From: Terriglobia bacterium
Lineage (GTDB): Bacteria; Acidobacteriota; Terriglobia; UBA7540
Direction of reading: 5' to 3'
Assembly: GCA_035946575.1 (NCBI GenBank)
Contig: DASYZG010000025.1
Location: forward strand, 4,617-68,616
DNA length: 64,000 nt
This document shows, piece by piece, positions 10,001 to 18,473 of this stretch. The first letter of the stretch is position 1, and each line of letters opens with the position of its first letter. Position numbers and translations under genes: made by a program. The notes below the pieces were generated by a model. The model had not been told where the DNA came from, searched no databases, and worked only from the letters and a program-made list of their open reading frames with translations.

Positions 10001-11047
10001 TCAATCCTCGGGCTGAATCTGGGAACGGAATTCCTCCGAAAGGAGGAATTGCGCGCCGCGCACCACCAGCCTGGTCTCCGGCGTGAAATTCCGGCCGGCA
10101 AAGTAGCCGCCAGAGAGCGGCATGTCCGTAGGCGCTGCTTCGCGCACAAAATGCCCGTCACTCACCCGTTGATAGACCCACGCCGCACCCCGCCACCATA
10201 CGACGGCCGACTGCGGAATCAGGACGCCATGAAGCCGCCGGCCCACCGGCAAATGAGCCAAAAGGTTCATTGCGGGCTCGAGCGCCGGATAGGCTCGGGC
10301 GACATAAAGCTCGCTGACGCCCTGAATGCGAGGATCGACCTGGGGAAACGGCGAAACATAATCGGCGGTGGCCGTGCTGCCGCCGGGAGTGGAGAGAAGG
10401 ATCCGGCGCGGAGGTTGGAGTGAACCTCCGAGCGGCAGCGTAAGCTGGACCAGCACCGATTGCTGGTCCAGCACGCTCGCGAGCAGTGGCGAACCGCCCG
10501 CCACCCAGCCGGCCACGGCGCCACCCCAGCTTTGTTGGGCGGCGGAGGCCGCGGTGCTCAGCGTCTTCTGCGCGGCATCAACACTCGCGCGATCGATCTG
10601 CACCGCCCCGCGCGCGGCTTCCAGAGCCTTTTGAGATACATTCTGATTCTCGTTGTAGAGAGCCTGCAGCCGCTCGTATTCGCTGTTCGAGACCGCGAGT
10701 TGCGCCTGCGCCTTCTGCAATTGGGCGCCGGCAGCCACATAGCTGTTGCGGAGCGTCACCAGCGAGCCAGTCGCCAGCACGGTAGCCGCAGCCGGTTCCT
10801 GGCGGGTCGAGTCTACGGTCCGCACCCGGGCGACTTCGACTCCCATGCGTTGCCGGGTGGCGGCATCAAGGCTGATCGACGTCTGGCCGTTCGTCACCGA
10901 GACGCGCGAAGGCATCTTGACGGCTTCCTCTTCATCATCCGTATCCTGGGGCGGGTCGCCGCGGAATTGGGCATAGGTTCGGAGCAACACCGCCGCGGCA
11001 AGCAGAACGAACCCCAGAGCGGCGAGCCCTTTGATTGAAGCTTTCAC
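10001..11047 (-). CDS. RND efflux periplasmic adaptor (membrane fusion protein), divergent
   Basis: N-terminal signal/anchor, a coiled-coil-like 'AQLQKAQAQLAVSNSEYERLQALY' hairpin region, and a C-terminal beta-domain. It sits between the OMF and RND genes. Its ATG overlaps the OMF stop (ATGA, 11044-11047). Confidence 0.7.
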   Translation of the reverse strand: MKASIKGLAALGFVLLAAAVLLRTYAQFRGDPPQDTDDEEEAVKMPSRVSVTNGQTSISLDAATRQRMGVEVARVRTVDSTRQEPAAATVLATGSLVTLRNSYVAAGAQLQKAQAQLAVSNSEYERLQALYNENQNVSQKALEAARGAVQIDRASVDAAQKTLSTAASAAQQSWGGAVAGWVAGGSPLLASVLDQQSVLVQLTLPLGGSLQPPRRILLSTPGGSTATADYVSPFPQVDPRIQGVSELYVARAYPALEPAMNLLAHLPVGRRLHGVLIPQSAVVWWRGAAWVYQRVSDGHFVREAAPTDMPLSGGYFAGRNFTPETRLVVRGAQFLLSEEFRSQIQPED

Positions 11048-12450
11048 GGTTTTCCTCCTGCAGCCGCCGGGAGGACGGGCGGCACGTCGTCCTCAGGCTG
11101 GAGCGGCTTTTGCATGGCCGCCTCCAGCACGCCGAGCGCGCTCTGCGTTTGAAACAGCGCCTTGATCCACACCCCGGTTGCCGCCGACCCTTGCAGGAGC
11201 ACCGCGTTGAGCGAGAGCCAGTCGGCCTCGCCGGCCGCCACCTGCTCGCGGGACATCGGCTCCTGCAGTTGACGCAGATTCGCGAGCACCTGCTGCGCCT
11301 CGTCGAACTGCGCGTACGCCGAGCGGTATTGGGCCAGGGCCTGCCCGGTGTCGGCGATCACACGCGCCTCGGTGGCCACCAGATGATCCGCGGCCTGCTT
11401 GCGTCGCGCCTCGGCTTCGGCGATCGGCCCCTGGTTGCGGTTGAAGATCGGAAGCGTGACCGAGAGTACGGGCGAAAAGAAGTTGTCGCCCTGCTCATAG
11501 GTGTAGCCGGGGCCGAGGCTGAAGCCCGGCTTTTGCCTGGCGATTTCGAGTTGCAGGGCGGACTCCGCCACACCGTATTCGGCGAGGGCCTGCCGCACAT
11601 CGAGACGATTCAGAACGGCGTCGCGCCGGACTTCCGCGGCTGGGAACGATCCCGGCGCGGGAGGCTGGCTGAAGTCGTGCCAATCGAACTGCACGTTCTC
11701 GAGAGCGGCTTCCGGGATGCCGATGGCCGCCGCAAGCGCGGCCCTGGTTTCGCCGATACGCCCCAGCGCCGCGCGGGCAGCCAGCCGCGCGTTGAAAAGA
11801 TCGGCACGCGCCGATTCGACAGCCGGTCTCGCAGTCTCGCCGGCATCCAGGCGCTTTTCGAGCCGCCTCACCCGATCGGACTGTAACCCTTCCGCGACTC
11901 GCCACAAATCGACACTGCGCTCGGCCACCAGCACATCAAGCAGCGCGACCCGCACCCTGCTGCGCACCGTCCAGACGGTCTGCGCGAGATTGAGCCGCGC
12001 GGCCTCGCTGAGGTTCCTGGCAGCCTGGATTTGATACCTGCGCTTGCCGGCGGTCACCACCGGAATCGCGAAGCTCAGATCGAAAAGATAAGGGCTCGGG
12101 ATGCCGGGCGAGACGCTGAGCGTTGGATTGGGCTTCATGCCCGCCGTTACGATCGCGGCCTGCGCGGTCACCACCTGGGCGCGGGCCGCCTCGAGGTCGG
12201 GACTGAAGTAAAACGCCGCCAGAGTGAGCAACTGCAGATCCCATTTCGCGGGCGGCCAGGCAGCGGCCGAAAGAGCAGGATTCTGGCGAATGAACTGCTC
12301 GAGGCCGCCGTCGGAGAGGCTGCGTTCCTCGAGGTGCTGCGCCGTCAGCGCGGGCGAGAGCGGAACCGGATGGTACTGCTGCGGCGGCGCGCAACTCGCC
12401 GTCGGCAAGAGTACGGCGCAAACCAGGACCAGATTTTGCAGGGTCTTCAC
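11044..12450 (-). CDS. TolC-family outer membrane efflux protein (CzcC-like)
   Basis: Lipoprotein-like signal 'LVLVCAVLLPTASC'. Two-fold repeat of alpha-helical OEP-type sequence. First gene of the RND operon. Confidence 0.8.
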   Translation of the reverse strand: MKTLQNLVLVCAVLLPTASCAPPQQYHPVPLSPALTAQHLEERSLSDGGLEQFIRQNPALSAAAWPPAKWDLQLLTLAAFYFSPDLEAARAQVVTAQAAIVTAGMKPNPTLSVSPGIPSPYLFDLSFAIPVVTAGKRRYQIQAARNLSEAARLNLAQTVWTVRSRVRVALLDVLVAERSVDLWRVAEGLQSDRVRRLEKRLDAGETARPAVESARADLFNARLAARAALGRIGETRAALAAAIGIPEAALENVQFDWHDFSQPPAPGSFPAAEVRRDAVLNRLDVRQALAEYGVAESALQLEIARQKPGFSLGPGYTYEQGDNFFSPVLSVTLPIFNRNQGPIAEAEARRKQAADHLVATEARVIADTGQALAQYRSAYAQFDEAQQVLANLRQLQEPMSREQVAAGEADWLSLNAVLLQGSAATGVWIKALFQTQSALGVLEAAMQKPLQPEDDVPPVLPAAAGGKP

Positions 12451-12642
12451 TGCCGCACCTTAAGAGTTTCCCGGCGAGGCGGAGCGCGGGAGCGCGAGTC
12501 GTCGCGGCCGCCGGTTACCCGAGCGTCGCCACGGGAACGACGCCTGCACGGCGATAGGCCCAACGCCTTCGGAATCACTTCCGGCCCGGAGGGGTTCAGG
12601 AACAGGTTGAACGCCGGCGCATGCGTCTCGAAAAGGAGCGGT

Positions 12643-12966
12643 TTAAACGCGGAGCGGTGAAGGAGGAGAGTGTGAAGAGGCGGACGATGTGGCAAACACC
12701 CGCACAGGCGCAAGGGTGGGGACCGTTGCCGCCTGTTCGGCCAGTCTCCTGGCGGCGGATAGAACTCGCTCTCGCCACTTGCGGAAGAGCAACGAAACCA
12801 CGAAGAACACGGCCAGCACCAGGGTGACCGCGCCGCCGGCGTTGCGCTGCACATCATGCAACTCTTCGCGTGGGGAATCCCAGGAGTCAAAGCTCGCGGC
12901 GAGAGGACCCGAAAGATAGCATCCCAGCCACACCAGCAGCACGATCTTGATGAGGCGCAGCTTCAT
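12643..12966 (-). CDS. hypothetical small membrane protein (two hydrophobic segments)
   Basis: ATG-started 107-aa ORF upstream of the RND operon. No convincing SD and a low-complexity C-terminus. Weak call. Confidence 0.3.
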   Translation of the reverse strand: MKLRLIKIVLLVWLGCYLSGPLAASFDSWDSPREELHDVQRNAGGAVTLVLAVFFVVSLLFRKWRERVLSAARRLAEQAATVPTLAPVRVFATSSASSHSPPSPLRV

Positions 12967-13051
12967 CGGAGCTTCACTCTATCATGGCCAATCCTGCGCG
13001 GGCAATCGTGGGCGATGTCGAGTACTGGTGTCGTCCGATGACTCGCCAATT

Positions 13052-13136
13052 CGTCATCCCCGCGCAAGCGGGAATCCACGTCTTGAGATTCTCCTCGCCT
13101 GTTCGCTTGTGGATTCCCGCTTGCGCGGGAATGACG
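13052..13136. repeat. REP-like palindromic element (28-nt inverted arms, each with a CCCGC-GCAA-GCGGG hairpin)
   Basis: Arm 1 'cgtcatccccgcgcaagcgggaatccac' (13052-13079). Arm 2 'gtggattcccgcttgcgcgggaatgacg' (13109-13136). A related half-copy 'gtggattcccgcctcggcaggcatgctgacg' lies near 46082-46112. Confidence 0.8.
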
Positions 13137-13187
13137 GACGGGAGGGCGTCGTTCCGAGTCGAATTACACCAGTACCCGGCGGCGGGT

Positions 13188-15359
13188 TCATTCCCCGGGG
13201 TGGTACGTCCGCTCGGTGTGGCCCTCGAGCTGTGAGCGGTAGAAATAGACTTCGCGCAAATCGCCCGTCGCGTAGCGCTCCGCCTCATCGTCAAAGTGAG
13301 GCGACGCCGGATTTCCACTCTCGCCGCCGGCCGTGATGGCCCGCACCCGCACGGTCTTTCCGAACTCCACCGCGGCCACGAAACTGTTTCCGGCGGTGCC
13401 GTACCATTTCTTCGTTCCCGGGTAAGGCCGCGCGGCGAACGAGGCCAATGACCCCCACAGCGAATAGGTAAACCCGACGGGAATGCTCGGTCTCGAGTCG
13501 TCGAAGTGCGGAACGATGTCGTCGTCCAGACGCTGGAAGCGGTTGATGTCGCCCCAGGGTGTCTTCCACGTTCCGAAGTCCGCCGTCAGGCGATCCGACG
13601 CCGCCGCCAGCGATCGCAGCAACTGATCGGCCGGCACACGGCTCCCGGCAAAATCGTAGGCAGGAACGCCCGCGCTTCGTGCCTCGCGGCCCACGTGCCG
13701 CAGGAGGTCCGTCCCCCAGAACACCGCCAGTGACGTCGGCACGGAATCCACGCCCCAGCGGTAATCCCAGGCGCGCAGCATCTTGATCTGTTCCGCCAGC
13801 TTCGCTTTCAAGGGGTCCGAATCCGGGTCATGATCCCACGCCCGGATCAGCGCGGGCAGCGCCTTCTCGAACCACGGCAGATAGCTGTCGAAAGCGGTGG
13901 TAATCAGCGAATCGAGCGTGAAATCCTTCCGGTTCTCCAGGACCCTGACGGCGTGCAGTCCACGCGCCGATTCTCCGCCCGTCTCGACGTAGATTGGAAA
14001 GTCCTGCTTCTTCAGGCTGCCGGGCCCGGCCGCGTTCCAGGGCGCGTCGTTCGAGTTATAGATCCAGCCGCTCTTCGGATTCAGCAGGTGCGGCGTCTCA
14101 TCGAGGGAGAGCAGCCCGTGCCAGCCGGTCGCGGGATCGCTGCCGTCAACCGGCCTGGTCCAATCGAAGCGAGGATCGCGCCGGGGAATAAAGTCGCCGT
14201 GGAAGTAGGCGATGTCGCCATCGGAGTCGGCAAAGATCGTGTTATTCGACGAGTTTGTGTGCAGTTCCATCGTGCGGCGGAACGATTTGTAATCCCCCGC
14301 CTTGGTGCGGGTGAAATCCTGGATGAGCGCCTTGATCGGCTCCTGCATCAGGCGAATCGTGATCCATTTACCGTTCTCTGCGCCGATCACCGGCCCGTGC
14401 CCCGTGTAGTAGGTCGTGAAATCCTTCTCGGCCATGCCGTGATCGGTCAGGTACGGCACCCGGATCTCCCTGGCGATAACGGGAAGTTCCTTGTCGCCGG
14501 ACTTGTAGTAGTAGCGGTCGCCCTTCTTTTCCACGGTCTCCAGATATTCGCTGAGGTCGTTGGCGCCGCTCGTGGTGTGCATCCAGCCGATGTGTGGATT
14601 GAAACCCTGGTAGACGAAGAATTGTCCCCAGGTCACGGCGCCGTAAGCGTCGAGGCCCTCCTCGCTCGACATCTGGAGCTCGGAGCGGAAATAGAACGAC
14701 GTGTGCGGATTGATGAGCAGCAGTGCACGACGGTTGACGGTGTCTGCCGGCGCGATGGCGATGCCGTTCGATCCCGACAGTTCGGCGATCTCGTCCGGGT
14801 TCGCCGGCATCGCGCGTGCCAGGGGCTCGTTTCCGTAGAACGCCGCCAGTTGGTTGAGATCCACGTGGTCGATGTCGCCGCCGATGCTCCCTTCGGTGAA
14901 GCTCAGCGCCATCCACGGTTCGAATCGCTTGATGACCCTGGGCCTAACCTCGGGATGCCGGTACAGGTAGAAGTTCAATCCATCGGCGAAGGCTCTCATC
15001 AGCGACCGGAGCCACGCCGGACTCTCGGCATATTCCTTCTTCAGCGTTTCGGGATCGATGAAAAGCTTCATCCGCAGGTCTTGATTAATCTTCGACTCGC
15101 CTTCGGCCTCCCCGAGGCGACCCATGGCGTCGATGTAGTTCGTTTCCACCCGGTTGAAGTCATCTTCGGCCTGGGCGTATTCCATGCCAAAGACCGCGTC
15201 CGCGTCCGTCTTCCCATAGACGTGCGCGATGCCCCGGTCATCCCGGATGATCGTGACGTTCTGCGTTTCGCGCTCCCAGCGCGCCGCCTCCGCGTCCTGC
15301 GAGGCCCAGGCGCCCGAGGAAACCCAGGCAAAAACGAGAGTGAAAACGACCTTCTTCAT
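13188..15359 (-). CDS. penicillin acylase family Ntn-hydrolase (possible acyl-homoserine-lactone/beta-lactam acylase)
   Basis: Signal peptide 'MKKVVFTLVFAWVSSGAWA'. Candidate autoprocessing nucleophile 'ELSGSNGIAIAP'. Length and overall motif pattern fit the family. Confidence 0.85.
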   Translation of the reverse strand: MKKVVFTLVFAWVSSGAWASQDAEAARWERETQNVTIIRDDRGIAHVYGKTDADAVFGMEYAQAEDDFNRVETNYIDAMGRLGEAEGESKINQDLRMKLFIDPETLKKEYAESPAWLRSLMRAFADGLNFYLYRHPEVRPRVIKRFEPWMALSFTEGSIGGDIDHVDLNQLAAFYGNEPLARAMPANPDEIAELSGSNGIAIAPADTVNRRALLLINPHTSFYFRSELQMSSEEGLDAYGAVTWGQFFVYQGFNPHIGWMHTTSGANDLSEYLETVEKKGDRYYYKSGDKELPVIAREIRVPYLTDHGMAEKDFTTYYTGHGPVIGAENGKWITIRLMQEPIKALIQDFTRTKAGDYKSFRRTMELHTNSSNNTIFADSDGDIAYFHGDFIPRRDPRFDWTRPVDGSDPATGWHGLLSLDETPHLLNPKSGWIYNSNDAPWNAAGPGSLKKQDFPIYVETGGESARGLHAVRVLENRKDFTLDSLITTAFDSYLPWFEKALPALIRAWDHDPDSDPLKAKLAEQIKMLRAWDYRWGVDSVPTSLAVFWGTDLLRHVGREARSAGVPAYDFAGSRVPADQLLRSLAAASDRLTADFGTWKTPWGDINRFQRLDDDIVPHFDDSRPSIPVGFTYSLWGSLASFAARPYPGTKKWYGTAGNSFVAAVEFGKTVRVRAITAGGESGNPASPHFDDEAERYATGDLREVYFYRSQLEGHTERTYHPGE

Positions 15360-15746
15360 GGATGTCAGCCTCAGGCGGATACCTGCCCACGGTTCCGCGT
15401 CCCGTCATAGGTTATCAAACTGGCCGCATAGAAACGAAGACCGGCGTGGTTTCTTGATCGCGCTCCGTGGTTTCCCCGTGCCTCTCCGTGATCCCTGGGG
15501 TGAAAAACAGGTCTTGCTTTCGCCAGGGCCGAACTCGCGATCTCCACCGCCCGCCACATCTGCTTTGCAGGGCAAAAGATGCACCACGGAGGGCGCAGAG
15601 AGCCGGCCGGCAAGGCAGTGGCGCTTTCGGATCAGAAGGCCATCCCAAGACCGTCCACAATCGATGGCTGTCCTCAAGTAACATCGAGTTGGGGGAAATA
15701 TTTCCGTTGCACACGGAATACGGTCTGGAGCGATTAAGGAGTTCCG

Positions 15747-17027
15747 TTGCACCTGTCACTCGAACCGTGGCTCACCGCGATACTTTTCGTCCTGACCTAT
15801 CTCGGCCTGGTCCTCGGCGAGGTGCCGAAACTGCGCATGGATCGCGCCGGGATCGCTTTTGCCGGTGCCGCGCTCATGCTGTGCACGGGGGCCCTGACGT
15901 TCGCGCAGGCTGTTGGCCCTGGATCGATCGACTACCAGACTTTGGGGCTGCTGTTCGGCATGATGATCGTGGTCGGGTTCCTGCGGCTCTCGGGTTGCCT
16001 CGCCCGACTCACTCATTGGTCGCTCGACCGCATTCATACCCCGCACGCGCTGCTGGCGCTGGTCATCCTGCTGGCGGGTGTCCTTTCGGCTTTCCTGGTC
16101 AACGACATCGTCTGCCTGGCGCTCACGCCGCTCGTCCTTCACCTGTCAAAGCGGCTCAGGTTCGATCCTGTGCCCCATCTCATCGGCCTCGCGACCGGAG
16201 CCAATATCGGTTCGGTGGGCACCATCACCGGCAATCCGCAAAACATGATCATCGGCGTGCAGTCCCGGATCTCCTATGTGATTTTCGCTGCTCACCTGAT
16301 GCCGGTGGCTCTAGGGGGACTCGCGATCGACTTCTTGGTGATCAGCCTGGTCTGTCGCCCGGCTCTCACCGTCGAGCGTTCGGTCGAGATTGCCGCCGCC
16401 GGACCCGCCAGCGCCCAATTCACGGCGGGAGCGCTTCGCGGGCGCCTCCTGGGCCGGTTGCAGGGGAAAAGCGCGCTGGTGGCCGTGGTGACGGTGGCCC
16501 TTTTCTTCGCGGGCCTCCCGATGCCAGTTGTGGCGATCGGTGCCGCGGCCTTTCTGCTGCTGGGCCGCTTGAGGCCTGAACGCATCTATCGCGAGGTGGA
16601 CTGGAGCCTGCTGCTGATGTTCACCGGGCTTTTCGTGGTGGTCTACGCCTTCCAGGTTCACGTCGTCAGCCGCTGGAATCTCGCCGGCTGGAACGTCCTG
16701 TTGAATCACCCTGTCGGGCTTTTGAGCCTGGCGTCGGCGGGACTCTCGAACCTCGTCAGCAACGTCCCGGCGGTGCTTCTGCTCCGCCCCGTGATGCACG
16801 CCGTCCCCGCGGCCGCGCGCCAGCCGGCGTGGCTGGCCCTCGCCATGTCGAGCACGCTGGCCGGCAACCTGACGATCCCGGGCTCGGTCGCCAACCTGAT
16901 CGTGATCGAAAAGGCCAGACGCGAGGGGACAATCATCTCCTTCTGGGAATACTGCAAGGTTGGCGTGCCCGTTACCGTTCTGACGTTGGGTCTCGGGATC
17001 GGATGGCTGCTGTTCGTACGATTCTGA
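15747..17027 (+). CDS. ArsB/NhaD-superfamily (YbiR-like) anion permease
   Basis: TTG start 6 nt after AAGGAG. Polytopic membrane protein with 'GANIGSVGTITGNPQNMIIG' and 'SNLVSNVPAVLLL' motifs. Confidence 0.8.
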   Translation: MHLSLEPWLTAILFVLTYLGLVLGEVPKLRMDRAGIAFAGAALMLCTGALTFAQAVGPGSIDYQTLGLLFGMMIVVGFLRLSGCLARLTHWSLDRIHTPHALLALVILLAGVLSAFLVNDIVCLALTPLVLHLSKRLRFDPVPHLIGLATGANIGSVGTITGNPQNMIIGVQSRISYVIFAAHLMPVALGGLAIDFLVISLVCRPALTVERSVEIAAAGPASAQFTAGALRGRLLGRLQGKSALVAVVTVALFFAGLPMPVVAIGAAAFLLLGRLRPERIYREVDWSLLLMFTGLFVVVYAFQVHVVSRWNLAGWNVLLNHPVGLLSLASAGLSNLVSNVPAVLLLRPVMHAVPAAARQPAWLALAMSSTLAGNLTIPGSVANLIVIEKARREGTIISFWEYCKVGVPVTVLTLGLGIGWLLFVRF

Positions 17028-17070
17028 AGACGAGTTCTACAGACCGTTACCAAATAGAGTGACAGGCCAA

Positions 17071-17331
17071 CCCCTCACCCGGCCCACCGCAGCGGATGAA
17101 AGCGCTGGCGGCGGGCCACCCTTATAGTTCGGAGGAGAGGGCCAAAAACCAGAGGAAAACAGCCATCTCCCTTGGGAGAGGGTGCCCGAGGTACGAGGGC
17201 GGGTGAGGGGAGGCACCCGAAAACGATTGTTCACCGCATTTCTGGCTATCCAAAAAGATCAAACCCGAGTTCACGGAATCTCCGTGATCTCCGTGTTGAA
17301 AAGCTTTGAAAGCACAGAGGCCACGGAGATC
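17071..17331. repeat. cluster of REP-like hairpins
   Basis: Inverted 'cccctcacccg' (17071) and 'cgggtgagggg' (17200-17210) enclose a 'tctccc-ttg-ggaga' hairpin. At 17271-17331, 'atctccgtg' x2 sits next to a 'gttgaaaagctttgaaagcac' hairpin. This is the same family as 54909-54993 and 56361-56420. Confidence 0.7.
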
Positions 17332-17444
17332 TCGATTCGCGACAGCTTGGGCGATCGGACGGCACAAATCAGTTGACAGCCTGCCCGTAAGCACCGAAAT
17401 TAGATGACTCCCGCACCGGGCGTGGTCGCGCGGGAATCAAACGC

Positions 17445-18068
17445 ATGGTAACCCATCTCATCGAACTGGTCGGCAGCGCCATTGTCTCCGTAATCTCCGC
17501 CGGCGGCTACGCCGGCATCGTGCTGCTGATGGCCATCGAATCCGCCTGCATCCCGCTTCCCTCCGAAGTGATCATGCCTTTCTCCGGATACCTCGTGCTC
17601 GCCGGACGGTTTAAGCTCGGCTGGGTGGCCGTGGCGGGCGCGCTGGGCTGCAACCTGGGTTCGATCGTCGCCTATTACGTAGGCGCCCTCGGTGGACGCC
17701 CGCTCGCCGAGCGCTACGGCCGCTTTGTCCTGGTTTCACGTCACGATCTCGATCGTGCCGATCGCTGGTTCGCGCGCTACGGCAACAGCACCGTCTTCTT
17801 TGCGCGCCTCCTGCCTGTGGTCCGCACTTTCATCGCGCTCCCGGCCGGCATCTCGCGCATGAACTTCCTCCGCTTCAATGTCTATACCTTCCTGGGATCG
17901 CTTCCCTGGTGCCTCGTCCTCGCCTATGCCGGACTTCGCCTGGGCGACCGCTGGCCGGTGATGCGCGACTATTTCCATCGCTTTGACACCGTGATCGGCG
18001 CCGTAATCGTGGCTGGCGCGGTCTGGTTCCTCTACACGCACTGGAAGAATCGCGTCCGGACAGCGTAA
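17445..18068 (+). CDS. DedA family membrane protein
   Basis: 207 aa. 'ESACIPLPSEVIMPFSGYLV' and 'FFARLLPVVRTFIALPAGISRM' are DedA/SNARE-associated signatures. Confidence 0.9.
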   Translation: MVTHLIELVGSAIVSVISAGGYAGIVLLMAIESACIPLPSEVIMPFSGYLVLAGRFKLGWVAVAGALGCNLGSIVAYYVGALGGRPLAERYGRFVLVSRHDLDRADRWFARYGNSTVFFARLLPVVRTFIALPAGISRMNFLRFNVYTFLGSLPWCLVLAYAGLRLGDRWPVMRDYFHRFDTVIGAVIVAGAVWFLYTHWKNRVRTA

Positions 18069-18100
18069 AGCCTCATCTCCTACCCGAAATTGCGCAAGTG

Positions 18101-18385
18101 CTTGAAAAATAAGCGAAAAAAACTTTCCCAATTTTCTCACTTTTCTCACTTTTCTCCATTGTCCCAAATTTCGGGAGGACAATACTATCTTGGCCGGCCC
18201 GCCGGCCGCTTCGCGGGAGAGAGAAGTGAAGGGAATCGATTTTTGCGCAAAACAAAGCCATCAGATATTTGAAAACAATTGACTTACCATTTTTCATAGG
18301 GCCCGAAAGCCATCAGGTAGTTGAAAAGAAATGAGTTAGGCTTTTAAAGCCATCAGGTAATTGATGAGCAATGACTTAGACCGAT
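18101..18385. repeat. AT-rich ~285-bp dispersed element, full copy A
   Basis: Collinear with 53341-53625. Contains 'ttttctcac' x3, the hairpin attgtcc/ggacaat, a GC hairpin, and three 22-mers 'AAAGCCATCAGGTNNTTGAAAA' at 18254, 18306 and 18346 (spacing 52 and 40 nt). Confidence 0.85.
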
Positions 18386-18473
18386 TTTGAGAGCTGACAG
18401 ATGGCGCCGTCGATGCGAAGTGAGCGGGTTTTGCCCCTCATTCCGGCGGTCCGCATGTTCAACGGGCGCGGGC

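Noticed and set aside
18073-18297. 74-aa ORF 'MKNGKS...LPKFGTMEKSEKSEKIGKVFF...' and its look-alike at 53134..53541 as a small protein family
   Set aside because: The similarity is explained by nucleotide conservation of the dispersed element, which extends well beyond the ORFs. The region is AT-rich with atypical codons, there is no SD, and the third copy (46028..) lacks the N-terminal half. Caveat: the one indel between copies is 3 nt, so coding is not fully excluded.
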